Under the pieces are notes generated by a model. The model searched no databases. It saw nothing but the letters and a program-made list of their open reading frames with translations, and was not told the DNA's origin. A program made the translations under genes and the position numbers. 64,000 bases of DNA from Thermoplasmata archaeon (lineage in GTDB: Archaea; Thermoplasmatota; Thermoplasmata; Thermoplasmatales; Thermoplasmataceae), in contig JAKBLT010000001.1 of NCBI GenBank assembly GCA_021831925.1, positions 4,137 through 68,136 of the forward strand. Direction: 5' to 3'. Positions 28,925-38,309 of this stretch are shown in pieces (the first letter of the stretch is position 1; each line of letters starts with the position of its first letter).

Positions 28925-30040
28925 ATGATAAACAAACCGCACGGGGGGAAACTGATAAACAGGCTGACTGGTAAGCTCCCGGACTGTAGTGCGGTACTGG
29001 ATATATCAACACAGAACGCATTGGATCTTGCAAGAATTGCAGACGGCAGCTATTCTCCGCTTACAGGTTTCATGAATTCAGATGAGCTGCGGAGTGTTAC
29101 TGAAAATATGGAGCTCCCAGGAGGTGAAATATGGCCGATGCCTATCATCCTTCAGGTAAACAGCAGAATCTCTTTTTCTGCTGGAGACAGAATTGCATTA
29201 AGGTATAATGGGGAGAAAGTTGGCAGCATCGATGTTTCTGAAGTATTCAATGCAGATATGAAGCAAGTACTTATAAAAACGTATGGAACAATCGATCCTG
29301 CCCACCCAAACGTTAACCAGACGGTGAGGCAGGGAAGCAGAATCATAGGAGGAAATATTTTAGCCTTGAAGAAGGATGAAACAGCCAGGTCAACAAGTCC
29401 AGAAGCCATAAGAAAAGTATTCAAGGAGAGGAAGTGGGAGACAATAGCTGCATATCAGACCCGGAATCCACCACATATGGCTCATGAGTATATTCAGAGG
29501 CTGGCAATGGAACTGACAGACGGCCTGTTTATCAATCCTGTAGTTGGTGAACTGAAGACAGATGATTTCAGTCAGGATGATATCATGAGCGCGTACAGAC
29601 TGTTTGTATCAAGGTATTATCCTGACAATAAGGTAGTCCTGAGTCCATTGATGATTTCTATGAGGTATGCAGGGCCGAAGGCTGCACTCTTTTTAGCGAT
29701 AGTCAGGAAGAATTATGGATGCACTCATTTCATCATCGGCAGGGATATGGCTGGAGCAGGTTCTTTCTATCCTCCCTATGCCGCTCAGGAGATGCTTGAA
29801 AAATTTGACATAGGCTTGCAGGTATTAAAAATCAGGGAGGTCTTCTTTTGCCGGAAGTGCAAATGCATGGCAACCGAAAACACCTGCGGTCACACCACAA
29901 GCAATAGAGAAAACATGAGCATGACAGAAATTAGAAACAGGATAAGATCGGGAATTTCCGTTCCAGAGGCAATGATGCGCCCCGATATCACGGAGTTGCT
30001 TTCGTCAAGGGACTCAAATCAGCCTTTTGTGGAAATGTGA
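28925..30040 (+). CDS. sat: Sulfate adenylyltransferase (ATP sulfurylase)
   Basis: Motifs QTRNPPHMAHEYI (QxRNPxHxxH) and IGRDMAG (GRDHAG-type, with H to M). About 371 aa. The start lies 2 nt after the cysH stop. Confidence 0.88.
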   Translation: MINKPHGGKLINRLTGKLPDCSAVLDISTQNALDLARIADGSYSPLTGFMNSDELRSVTENMELPGGEIWPMPIILQVNSRISFSAGDRIALRYNGEKVGSIDVSEVFNADMKQVLIKTYGTIDPAHPNVNQTVRQGSRIIGGNILALKKDETARSTSPEAIRKVFKERKWETIAAYQTRNPPHMAHEYIQRLAMELTDGLFINPVVGELKTDDFSQDDIMSAYRLFVSRYYPDNKVVLSPLMISMRYAGPKAALFLAIVRKNYGCTHFIIGRDMAGAGSFYPPYAAQEMLEKFDIGLQVLKIREVFFCRKCKCMATENTCGHTTSNRENMSMTEIRNRIRSGISVPEAMMRPDITELLSSRDSNQPFVEM

Positions 30041-30097
30041 TACTTACCAGATTATGCATAGTTCCATACTGGTAATCTAATAAGGGAAATACTGGCC

Positions 30098-31090
30098 TCA
30101 GTCACCAACGTATATTATTGAAGATCCCGTAAAATCAAACCCGAATTTTTCTTCCCTTAGTTCCTTCATCTTATTCACTATGTTTTCTCTTTTATCTGGG
30201 TCAACGACTAGAAGGAGAAAACCGCCCCCGCCTGCACCGACCAGTTTACCGCCATATGCACCTGCTTCCTTGGCTCTTGAATATAGTTCAGATATCACGT
30301 GATCTGTGATGCCGTCAGCAAGCGACGACTTAAGTTTCCAGTTCAGGTCCATTAATCTCCCTGCTTCCTCAATGTTTCCCCTGTTCAGGACTGCAGGAAA
30401 CTCGTTGGCAATATCTCTCATTTTTTGGTACGTTTCAATTTTTTCCTTCATGTTAAGGGACTGTTTCTTGTGTATCTCGACGGAGGATCTTGTTTTTCCG
30501 GTGAACAACAACAGGAGGCTTTCCTGCAGTTTCCTGATATTGCTTTCATGCATTATGACAGGTTTTACAGTTACACTTTCATCCTGGTTGAAGATAAATG
30601 ACTTGATACCACCAAATGCCGATATGTACTGATCCTGTTTTCCTCCTGCTTCTTTCAGAATTTCCCGTTCTATCTTCACAGCCTCTTCTGCGAGCCTTCT
30701 GGCTGATGCAAATTCCCCAATATATGCATGCAGTGCATTCAGGAGACTTACAAGAAAAGTACTGCTCGATCCAAGGCCAGTTCCCTGTGATGGTATATCA
30801 GATATGCTCACTATCTCTATTCCACCATCTATGTTCAGGAGCTTGAGAGCTTCCCGGACAGTTGGATGGTGGATCTTGTCAATAGAATCGACTATTTCCG
30901 TCTGTGAATAGCTTACCCTTATATGCGAATCAAATTTTTTATTGACCAGTACGAAAATGTACTTGTTGATGGCAGCAGATACGCATATTCCGGGCCCATG
31001 GTTTCGATAAAAATCTGCAATGTCAGTGCCGCCGCCGACGAATGTGATTCTTAACGGCGATCTGGCCATAAACATTGAATTTCCGCTCAT
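30098..31090 (-). CDS. GHMP-family sugar kinase (HddA / sugar-1-phosphate kinase-like)
   Basis: N-terminus ARSPLRITFVGGGTDIADFY and GHMP motif II PSQGTGLGSSSTF. The C-terminus has GAGGGGFLLL. ATGA overlap with the upstream epimerase gene. Confidence 0.75.
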   Translation of the reverse strand: MSGNSMFMARSPLRITFVGGGTDIADFYRNHGPGICVSAAINKYIFVLVNKKFDSHIRVSYSQTEIVDSIDKIHHPTVREALKLLNIDGGIEIVSISDIPSQGTGLGSSSTFLVSLLNALHAYIGEFASARRLAEEAVKIEREILKEAGGKQDQYISAFGGIKSFIFNQDESVTVKPVIMHESNIRKLQESLLLLFTGKTRSSVEIHKKQSLNMKEKIETYQKMRDIANEFPAVLNRGNIEEAGRLMDLNWKLKSSLADGITDHVISELYSRAKEAGAYGGKLVGAGGGGFLLLVVDPDKRENIVNKMKELREEKFGFDFTGSSIIYVGD

Positions 31091-32001
31091 TTCACACCAT
31101 AATATCTCTTTAATTTTTCCAGGCCCTCGTCAAGTGAGACGGTTGCCTTGAAACCAAGTTTCTTCTGAGCCTTTTCTGTATCTGCCAGGGTCTCCATCAC
31201 ATAGTTCTTTACTGGCATCTTGATATAACTGGGTTTTATTGATTTCCCCAGCATCTTATTTATCTTATCAATCAGCTCGTTCAATGAATAATTAATTCCG
31301 GATCCAACATTGTAAACTTCATAACCTTTCGAACTGGTCGCTCTTATGAGTGCATCAACCACATCAGTAACAAAGACAAAATCTCGTCTCTGCTCCCCGT
31401 TACCATATACAACAGGCTGCTTTTCTGCTATTATATCTTTTAAGAATTGCGTTGCGAGGTTTGCATAACCGCCCTTAGCATCCTCGTGATACCCATAAAC
31501 GGAAAAAAACCTCATGGCTGATATATTCATTCCATAGAGATTATTATATAACTGTGATACCCTTTCTGCACCTATCCTCCCCTCAGTGTAGAAATCAGTT
31601 ACATTAGGGATTATATTTTCCCTGTGTGGTGGCTTTACACCATTATATATTGAAGATGTTGATGAGAAGACAACGCCGCTGTCATTCTTTCTGGCGTATT
31701 CGAGAACAGAGATCATTCCATCTATTACATCAGCAACTCTGTGGGGGTTTTCCCTGTACATCGGAGAGGCAGAATAGAAACCAAGATGGAAAACAAAATC
31801 AGCCTTCTCATTAATTTTTACAATGTCTCTGGCATCGCCGTTTATAAAATTAACCCCTTTGCCTGCATTATCGAGATTATTCCTTGAACCTGTGTGAAGG
31901 TTATCCAGGACTGTTAATTTATTATCTTTGGAAAGGAACTCAACAAGATTACTTCCAATGAACCCGGCCCCACCAGTTACTACAATATTTTTACCTTTCA
32001 T
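31087..32001 (-). CDS. Extended-SDR NAD-dependent nucleotide-sugar epimerase/dehydratase family protein
   Basis: Rossmann motif VTGGAGFIGSNL. GalE-like layout (SSTSSIY...FYTEGRIGAE...RFFSVYG...GEQRRDFVFVTDV). The catalytic YxxxK position reads YTEGR. Confidence 0.8.
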   Translation of the reverse strand: MKGKNIVVTGGAGFIGSNLVEFLSKDNKLTVLDNLHTGSRNNLDNAGKGVNFINGDARDIVKINEKADFVFHLGFYSASPMYRENPHRVADVIDGMISVLEYARKNDSGVVFSSTSSIYNGVKPPHRENIIPNVTDFYTEGRIGAERVSQLYNNLYGMNISAMRFFSVYGYHEDAKGGYANLATQFLKDIIAEKQPVVYGNGEQRRDFVFVTDVVDALIRATSSKGYEVYNVGSGINYSLNELIDKINKMLGKSIKPSYIKMPVKNYVMETLADTEKAQKKLGFKATVSLDEGLEKLKRYYGVK

Positions 32002-32048
32002 TGCGTCAGGGAATAGTAAATTGGATATAAATTTCCCCAGTTCATCAA

Positions 32049-32510
32049 TTATGGTTTTTCAATTACGATTTTATTGATTACAACCTTGCTTAATGGCCTG
32101 TCCTGGGAGTCTGTCTTGATTTTGCTGATCTTATCAACAATTTCCATTCCGCTGCTTACCTTCCCGAATACAGGATGCTTTTTATCCAGGTAATTATTGT
32201 TTACAACGTTTATGAAAAACTGGCTACCGCCTGTATTAGGACCGGCATTTGCCATGGAGATTGTTCCCCTGTCATTCCTGTTATTCTTTGTAAATTCATC
32301 CTTTATAACATACCCTGGACCACCAGTTCCTGTTCCTGTTGGATCGCCACCCTGAATCATGAAATCCTTGATGACACGGTGAAAGATCACACCGTTATAG
32401 AAACCTTTTTCGGCAAGCTTAATAAAATTTCCGGCAGTCACCGGCATCTCCTTGTCGAAAAGATCTATAACGAATTCACCCTGGTTTGTCTGAAAACGAG
32501 CTTTTGTCAT
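32049..32510 (-). CDS. Cyclophilin-type peptidyl-prolyl cis-trans isomerase
   Basis: Motifs [15 protein letters not shown] and [16 protein letters not shown]. Start chosen at [13 protein letters not shown] (ATG 32510). Confidence 0.9.
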   Translation of the reverse strand: MTKARFQTNQGEFVIDLFDKEMPVTAGNFIKLAEKGFYNGVIFHRVIKDFMIQGGDPTGTGTGGPGYVIKDEFTKNNRNDRGTISMANAGPNTGGSQFFINVVNNNYLDKKHPVFGKVSSGMEIVDKISKIKTDSQDRPLSKVVINKIVIEKP

Positions 32511-32571
32511 ATTTCCAGTAGCCAACATCCGGATAAAATATTTTAGTTCGGAATTTGCACCTGTTCCTGTA

Positions 32572-32970
32572 TCAGGACACAAATCTTGGAATTACAAAAA
32601 TTGCCAGAAGCAGATTGAATAATACGATTGCATCCAGAAGAGTGTAAAGTTTGTTCCTCTCGTGCGCAAAAGTAATCAGTGCATCAATAAGCACAGTGAC
32701 AGGAGTGAAAATCAACACCCATAACCCAACAGATATGAAGAATAATCCATCAAGACCAATCAGTCCTTTCAGAAAATCACCCGGGAAAAGGATCTTTGAA
32801 TCCACTGTAGCAGATGGGTTATGATAGTTGGCAACATAACTCAGTGAATACCCATCTCCACCACCCTTTATGAAAAGAAGAATCACGCCAATTATGGTTA
32901 GCGAAACGCTTACTAATACGCCTGCCTTGAGAATCAAACTCGTTATGTCACTCTGCTCTAGTTTTGGCAT
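32572..32970 (-). CDS. DUF1634-like small membrane protein (usual partner of TauE/SafE permeases)
   Basis: About 130 aa with 3-4 helices, immediately downstream of and overlapping the TauE-like gene. The family assignment comes from architecture and position, not from a search. Confidence 0.5.
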   Translation of the reverse strand: MPKLEQSDITSLILKAGVLVSVSLTIIGVILLFIKGGGDGYSLSYVANYHNPSATVDSKILFPGDFLKGLIGLDGLFFISVGLWVLIFTPVTVLIDALITFAHERNKLYTLLDAIVLFNLLLAIFVIPRFVS

Positions 32971-33955
32971 TAGACCTCCTCTCCCTCTTAATTTTGTAAT
33001 ATAGAAGACCAAGAAGTATTATCGAAACTAAAATTGATACGATAAATCCTACCAGGTTAAGATATGAGTTAACCGCCTGGCCCGGTTTAAGCCCTCTCCG
33101 CAAAAAGCCACTGAATATCATGTCAACTCCTAGGAACGCAAGCACCCAGAAGAATATCCACCTGATATTGACATTTGTGATTTTTATGAGCAGCTTAGAG
33201 CCAAGGAATGCACCGACCAGAACGCCAATTGCAGTTGCAGCGGCAAGAAATGGCTGGATGTAGCCTGCGAACCAGTAGATCGAGCTCCCAGTTGCAGCAG
33301 TTATACCGATCATAAAGTTGCTGCTAGTTGTGGTAACCTTCATGGGCAGGTTCATTGCCCAGTCCATGCCAAGTACCTTTAGAGCGCCGCTCCCTATACC
33401 TAACAGGCCTGATATAAAGCCAGCAAAAAACATTACAATCTCGCCAAGCCACCATCTTATGCCATGATAATCAACCTGCTTTTTCAGCCTCTGATCATAA
33501 TATGTCCCATAAAGATTGAAAAATCTTGTTGTCCAGTCCGGTTTCTTATTCTTTGGCAATTCACTGGAAGCCCTGTTGATTGTCGGTAAAAGTGATACCA
33601 GCAATACAACTCCAAATATCACATAAATAATCCATATATAACCCAATTTGTTTACAGAAATTAATGTCAGGCTTCCGACTATTGCTCCCGTTGTTGTTGC
33701 AACTTCAAGACCAATTGCAACCCTGATATTTGCTATCTTGCTTTTTGTGTAGCCAGAAGCGGAACCTGCAGAGGTAGCGATTGTTGAAATAAGGGAAGCC
33801 CCCGTTGCGAAAATGATCGGTATCCCTAGGAAAAGTGTGAGAACAGGGACGAGCACGGTTCCTCCTCCAAGCCCTGTTAGTGATCCAAGCAGTCCAGCAA
33901 AGAATCCGGCCACAACAACAGAAAGAAAAGTTATCAATATGCTGAACGGATCCAT
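32948..33955 (-). CDS. TauE/SafE (DUF81) family sulfite/organosulfonate anion permease
   Basis: Two-fold repeated 4-helix pattern with Gly-rich helices (GLLGSLTGLGGGTVLVP; GLLGIGSGALKV). About 335 aa. Confidence 0.7.
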   Translation of the reverse strand: MDPFSILITFLSVVVAGFFAGLLGSLTGLGGGTVLVPVLTLFLGIPIIFATGASLISTIATSAGSASGYTKSKIANIRVAIGLEVATTTGAIVGSLTLISVNKLGYIWIIYVIFGVVLLVSLLPTINRASSELPKNKKPDWTTRFFNLYGTYYDQRLKKQVDYHGIRWWLGEIVMFFAGFISGLLGIGSGALKVLGMDWAMNLPMKVTTTSSNFMIGITAATGSSIYWFAGYIQPFLAAATAIGVLVGAFLGSKLLIKITNVNIRWIFFWVLAFLGVDMIFSGFLRRGLKPGQAVNSYLNLVGFIVSILVSIILLGLLYYKIKRERRSNAKTRAE

Positions 33956-34192
33956 TTATTCTTGATTGCAGTATTTTATAATAATATTGCCCAGCAAATT
34001 AACGATGATTTCGAATCTAACACGTACTCCTGATGAATGAGAAGACGTTTGAACCACCAGGGCATATTAATAGAATCATTTAATGCTAAAATGTAATCTT
34101 CGAGTTCTAAATTTATAGTTCAGGATTTCTTGAATACAGATTACTTCTTTTTCGTATATCTATTTATATTTTTTAAGTATACTTGAATTGTT

Positions 34193-35203
34193 ATGACTCC
34201 AAATATTACCGATCTCAGGATGGGAGAAGACCTTCTTAAGAGGGGATTTGCAAAGATGACGAAGGGTGGCGTTGTTATGGACGTCACCACGGTTGAACAG
34301 GCGAGGGTAGCCGAATCCGCTGGCGCTGTGGCTGTAATGGCACTTGAAAGGGTTCCGGCGGACATAAGAGCAGCTGGAGGAGTTGCAAGGATGGCAGATC
34401 CCAATCGAGTGAAGGAAATTATGGAAGCCGTAAGCATTCCAGTCATGGCCAAGGTCAGAATTGGCCATATCTCTGAAGCTTATACACTTGCAACACTCGG
34501 AGTGGATATGCTTGATGAAAGTGAAGTTCTTACACCGGCTGATCCTTTCTTTCATCTCAATAAGAAGGATCTGAAGATCCCAGTAGTTTGCGGAGCCAGG
34601 GATTTGGGGGAAGCTGTGAGAAGAATATTCGAGGGGGCTGCTATGATCAGGACTAAGGGAGAGGCTGGAACCGGCAACATAATAGAAGCGGTCAGGCACA
34701 TGCGTGTAGTTAACGAGGGAGTTAAGGTCGTGCAGAATCTTTCCACGGAGGATTTAAAAAAAGTTGCCTCCCGCATGGCAGATAGTTACCGGGTAGTCCG
34801 CAGGCAGATCTCTGGAAGCTTCTTTGGAGACGAATCAAAACTAAACGAGGAGGATCTTTTTTATGGCAAGAACGGCAAGCAGATCGAGGGGGAACTTTTG
34901 CAGGTACTTGATCAGATTAAAAAGATGGGTCGACTTCCTGTTGTTAATTTTGCAGCTGGGGGTGTTGCAACGCCAGCGGATGGTGCACTGATGATGAAAC
35001 TCGGTGCCGATGGCGTTTTCGTGGGAAGCGGAATTTTCAAGTCTCCGGATCCACCTGAAATGGCGAGGGCTGTAGTCGAGGCGGTTGAGAACTTTGAAGA
35101 TTACCAGATAATCAGCACTGTTTCTGAAGGCCTTACTGGCATGCCGGGACTTGACATTGAGGGTATACCTAAAGACATGAAACTTCAGGAAAGAGGATGG
35201 TAA
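34193..35203 (+). CDS. pdxS: Pyridoxal 5'-phosphate synthase lyase subunit PdxS
   Basis: [44 protein letters not shown]... is an unmistakable PdxS signature. About 336 aa. Confidence 0.95.
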   Translation: MTPNITDLRMGEDLLKRGFAKMTKGGVVMDVTTVEQARVAESAGAVAVMALERVPADIRAAGGVARMADPNRVKEIMEAVSIPVMAKVRIGHISEAYTLATLGVDMLDESEVLTPADPFFHLNKKDLKIPVVCGARDLGEAVRRIFEGAAMIRTKGEAGTGNIIEAVRHMRVVNEGVKVVQNLSTEDLKKVASRMADSYRVVRRQISGSFFGDESKLNEEDLFYGKNGKQIEGELLQVLDQIKKMGRLPVVNFAAGGVATPADGALMMKLGADGVFVGSGIFKSPDPPEMARAVVEAVENFEDYQIISTVSEGLTGMPGLDIEGIPKDMKLQERGW

Positions 35204-35249
35204 TAATATATCACTCCTCTACCTTTTTGGAATATTAGTTATCCTTGGT

Positions 35250-35936
35250 TTGTTATTGGTACTTTCGCAGCTGCTTAGAATATTTGATCTTAAAGGTGGA
35301 ATAGCTGCAACAGTAATTGGCGGAATTATAGTCTTCTCTACGGATATTGAATGGCTGGCACTTCTCCTGATATTTGCATTCGGCTCTTTTATTGCCACAA
35401 AGGCCTGGTTTGCTGAAAAAAAAGAAAAGGAGGTCCAGGAGGGGAAAACTGGAGAAAGGGGATATTCAAATGTCGTATATGGGGGGATACTGGGATGTGT
35501 TATAGCAGTTGCCAGCCTTCTAGCAACCAATTTCCATCTTGCAAAATTTCCGTTCTTTGAGATATTTGCCATTTCTATAGGCGTCATTAATTCTGATACA
35601 TTTGCCTCAGAAATTGGGATTAAGGACGGCAGGGTCAGGATGATCACCAATTTCCACCTGGTCAAGCCCGGGACAAATGGTGGCATTTCAATCATCGGAA
35701 CATCCGCATCCATTGTCGGTGCGGTGATCATCGGTTTATCCTTTTCACTTCTTGCTTATGACTCAATTGTCATATATAAGGTATTATTTGTGAGTGTTAT
35801 GGCCTTTTTTGGAAACATAGTTGACAGCATACTGGGTGCCACACTTGAGAACAGGGGATACATGTCGAAGGGGAGCGTCAATATGAGCTCTGCTGCTATC
35901 TCAGTTATACTTTCAGTGATTATTGTGCTGGCTTGA
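35250..35936 (+). CDS. DUF92/TMEM19 (COG1836, VTE6-like) integral membrane protein
   Basis: Multi-helix protein with Gly-rich segments (GGIAATVIGG, TNGGISIIGTSASIVGA, VDSILGATLE). TTG start; the N-terminal boundary is uncertain. Confidence 0.55.
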   Translation: MLLVLSQLLRIFDLKGGIAATVIGGIIVFSTDIEWLALLLIFAFGSFIATKAWFAEKKEKEVQEGKTGERGYSNVVYGGILGCVIAVASLLATNFHLAKFPFFEIFAISIGVINSDTFASEIGIKDGRVRMITNFHLVKPGTNGGISIIGTSASIVGAVIIGLSFSLLAYDSIVIYKVLFVSVMAFFGNIVDSILGATLENRGYMSKGSVNMSSAAISVILSVIIVLA

Positions 35937-35953
35937 GTATTGAGTAAAAGAGA

Positions 35954-36604
35954 TCAATCGTTATTATGCGCAATATGTGAATCCTTTTCATACATCATGG
36001 CTGTTTCAAACCCGGACATCTTCATTCGCCTGGCAAGCCAGAAGCTGATATCTGCCATCTCCTTGATCCTGACCTTCGAATCATATATGAAATTCTCATA
36101 CGGCAAAACGACGTCGGCGTTGATACCATCTCGTGCCCTTTCGGGTTTTTTTATCCCGAATCTTGATGTGGTGATAGAACCAAGGCAGGCAAACCTATGC
36201 TTTCCTGTAAAGCCTAAAACTGCGCGTTCCGATGCTATTATTGAATCGCATAAAAGTGCAATTTCGTAGCCTATATTTATTGCAGGGCCATTGACGATTG
36301 CAAAGAATGGTTTCCTGACAGAATAAATTGTCCGGAGAAGGGTGTGGATTGCGTCAAACATGTTCAGAATGGAATCCTTGCCTTCATCAACAAGGACATC
36401 TGTTAAAAAATTATCGTTAATTCCCGTTATAGCTATAGCCTTCACATCATCATCCATATAGGCAATACTTACTGCCTCAAGCAATTCCCTGAAGACAGTG
36501 CTCTTGATAAAACCCCTGCTATCCGATCGCAGTATTATAAGGCCTATGCCCTCCTCTTTAAAGAATGAGATATCGTTATAGCCTTTGATTACAAGATTAC
36601 TCAT
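35954..36604 (-). CDS. Short crotonase (enoyl-CoA hydratase/isomerase) superfamily protein
   Basis: The pattern GLIILRS..S..F.EL..A......DDDVKAIAITG...F...KPFFAIVNGPAINIGYEIALLCDSIIASE matches the crotonase fold. It overlaps the cytochrome b stop by 8 nt. Confidence 0.6.
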   Translation of the reverse strand: MSNLVIKGYNDISFFKEEGIGLIILRSDSRGFIKSTVFRELLEAVSIAYMDDDVKAIAITGINDNFLTDVLVDEGKDSILNMFDAIHTLLRTIYSVRKPFFAIVNGPAINIGYEIALLCDSIIASERAVLGFTGKHRFACLGSITTSRFGIKKPERARDGINADVVLPYENFIYDSKVRIKEMADISFWLARRMKMSGFETAMMYEKDSHIAHNND

Positions 36605-38303
36605 CGTATGCTACCAGTCTGTATAAGCGCAGTACTATCCCAGCAAGAATGAGATCAAAGCCCAGTCCAACTCCGAACTCCATAGCACCGGTTATGGGAT
36701 TCAGCGTGAAAATGATGTAGGTTATAGCTATCGTTAATATCGTCAGGATTGTTGCTATTGCTATTGCTGAATTTTTGCTTATTCTGAACGCCTGCTTTAC
36801 AACGGTCTCTTTCTCAAGCTGGGAAGTATAATCGGAGCTCTTCATAACGCCGAATGCAATGAAAGATGTTGCACCCCCAGTGAAAATAGTTGAGACCAGA
36901 TTCAAGCCATCTGGCCTGGCCATAAACGCCGCAAAATTCTCTGAAAAAACAAGCAGAGCACCAATAAACAGGAATATGTAGATAAGGTAAGATGCGATCA
37001 GTCTGTTCACGCTTATCTTGAACTTTCCAGCTCTATATAATCTTGAAAGATACAGGATCGATAAGACGACAACGAAGAATGGGATCAGGAAAACCACTGC
37101 AACAGTCATCATTGAAATTGGTATGCCAGGTTGTGCTGCCCCCCACACAGATAACAGGACAAGGTAAATTATAGAAAGTATACCAAAGGATGTTATGATA
37201 GGTCTGGAAAGCGGATGCCTGTCGTTGCTGCGATCAATGAAAGGTAGTATTATAAAATAGATTGCTGGAACCCCGCCGAAAATTGTTGATATTACGAAAT
37301 ATGGTGCAAGACCAGCAAGCGGACCAACCTCATATGGCAGTATGTTGAAATCCACGGCTTTGTAAAGGAATAAGAGGAACCAGGGCGGATAAGCTGGAAT
37401 AACACCAGCCTGGACCAGTGGTATCTGCGATGGTGATATTGGAAATGGTGAAAAAAGTACGGGAACACTGGGTATCAATGCAACTATAGAAGGCACCAGT
37501 ATGATGAATCCAAATGCGAACATAGCCAACTGAGCCATAAATGCAAAATTATAAGGGTACCATGGCTTGTAATCTGGTTTCTCAGTATCGACTGCAGGAA
37601 ATCTGTCTTTTGTGTCTTTTGATTTTGGCATGATTGAGTTTGATTCGGCAAGATAGAAATGCAGTCCAAAGACAAGCCCGACAAGTGCAGTGAAAATGAT
37701 ATGCCATCCAAGCATTCTCATAAATGTATCTGTAGAAGTTCCATTACCGAATACAACGGTCTCGAGGAAGGTTCCAAGAACAGGTACCGATTCAGCTATA
37801 CCTCTCCCGACGTCAGTCGCATCCAGGGACAACTGGTCCCCAGTCATTGAATAACCAAAATAAGCAACCCCAAGCGTTAGACCGAGCAAGACGACGCCCA
37901 GAATCCACTGCAACTGCCTTGGTTTCTTGTAGGCCGCAGTGAAATAGTTCCTGAACATATGCACATAAATTAGAACTATCATAGCATAGGCGCCATAAAG
38001 ATGAGTGGACAGTATCAGCGCACCATATGGTACTGTTGAAATTAATGCCTCTGTGCCGTCGTAAGCATTCGCTGGATCATAATAGAGCAATAGTATCAGC
38101 CCTGTCACTACCTGATATACGAACGCCATGGTTATGAGGGCTCCGGTCCAGTACCAAATCCCGCCTTTTCTCCTCATATATGATGGTACTTTTTTGAGCG
38201 GGAGTTCGTTGATATGAAGGCCTTCCACACCAACGAGGTCTGTAACCTTTGTTGTAGCGACCTTAGCTGTCTCTGCCAATTTGTCAGATATAGTTTTTGC
38301 CAT
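36597..38303 (-). CDS. Cytochrome b of a bc-type quinol-oxidising complex, long fused form (568 aa)
   Basis: N-terminal cytochrome b/b6 signature (WYWTGALITMAFVYQVVTGLILLLYY; STHLYGAYAMIVLIYVHMFRN), followed by many extra helices. Confidence 0.85.
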   Translation of the reverse strand: MAKTISDKLAETAKVATTKVTDLVGVEGLHINELPLKKVPSYMRRKGGIWYWTGALITMAFVYQVVTGLILLLYYDPANAYDGTEALISTVPYGALILSTHLYGAYAMIVLIYVHMFRNYFTAAYKKPRQLQWILGVVLLGLTLGVAYFGYSMTGDQLSLDATDVGRGIAESVPVLGTFLETVVFGNGTSTDTFMRMLGWHIIFTALVGLVFGLHFYLAESNSIMPKSKDTKDRFPAVDTEKPDYKPWYPYNFAFMAQLAMFAFGFIILVPSIVALIPSVPVLFSPFPISPSQIPLVQAGVIPAYPPWFLLFLYKAVDFNILPYEVGPLAGLAPYFVISTIFGGVPAIYFIILPFIDRSNDRHPLSRPIITSFGILSIIYLVLLSVWGAAQPGIPISMMTVAVVFLIPFFVVVLSILYLSRLYRAGKFKISVNRLIASYLIYIFLFIGALLVFSENFAAFMARPDGLNLVSTIFTGGATSFIAFGVMKSSDYTSQLEKETVVKQAFRISKNSAIAIATILTILTIAITYIIFTLNPITGAMEFGVGLGFDLILAGIVLRLYRLVAYDE

Positions 38304-38309
38304 TTATTT

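Noticed and set aside
28925-30040. ATP sulfurylase motif variants (HMAH instead of HRAH; GRDMAG instead of GRDHAG) as a sign of altered function.
   Set aside because: The HxxH histidines and the QxRNP arginine are intact. Single substitutions at these positions cannot be judged without a family alignment. Noted only in the feature evidence.
34141-34776. ORFs of 74-179 aa on the minus strand opposite pdxS.
   Set aside because: They are antisense to an unmistakable PdxS coding frame, with low-complexity Ser/Pro/His-rich translations and no motifs. The same applies to shadow ORFs opposite other strong genes: 35219-35731, 46462-46974, 50360-51007, 52412-52891, 49563-50018, 17656-18096 and 10189-10554.
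35205-35249. Possible upstream non-canonical (ATA 35208) start for the DUF92 gene. The in-frame upstream codons read like the first half of a TM helix (ISLLYLFGILVILG).
   Set aside because: The AT-rich TAATAATATA at 35201-35210 looks like the TATA box itself. That would place the transcript start near 35230, downstream of the ATA, so TTG 35250 remains the more economical start. The case is weaker than for sdhA, where essential motifs are at stake.
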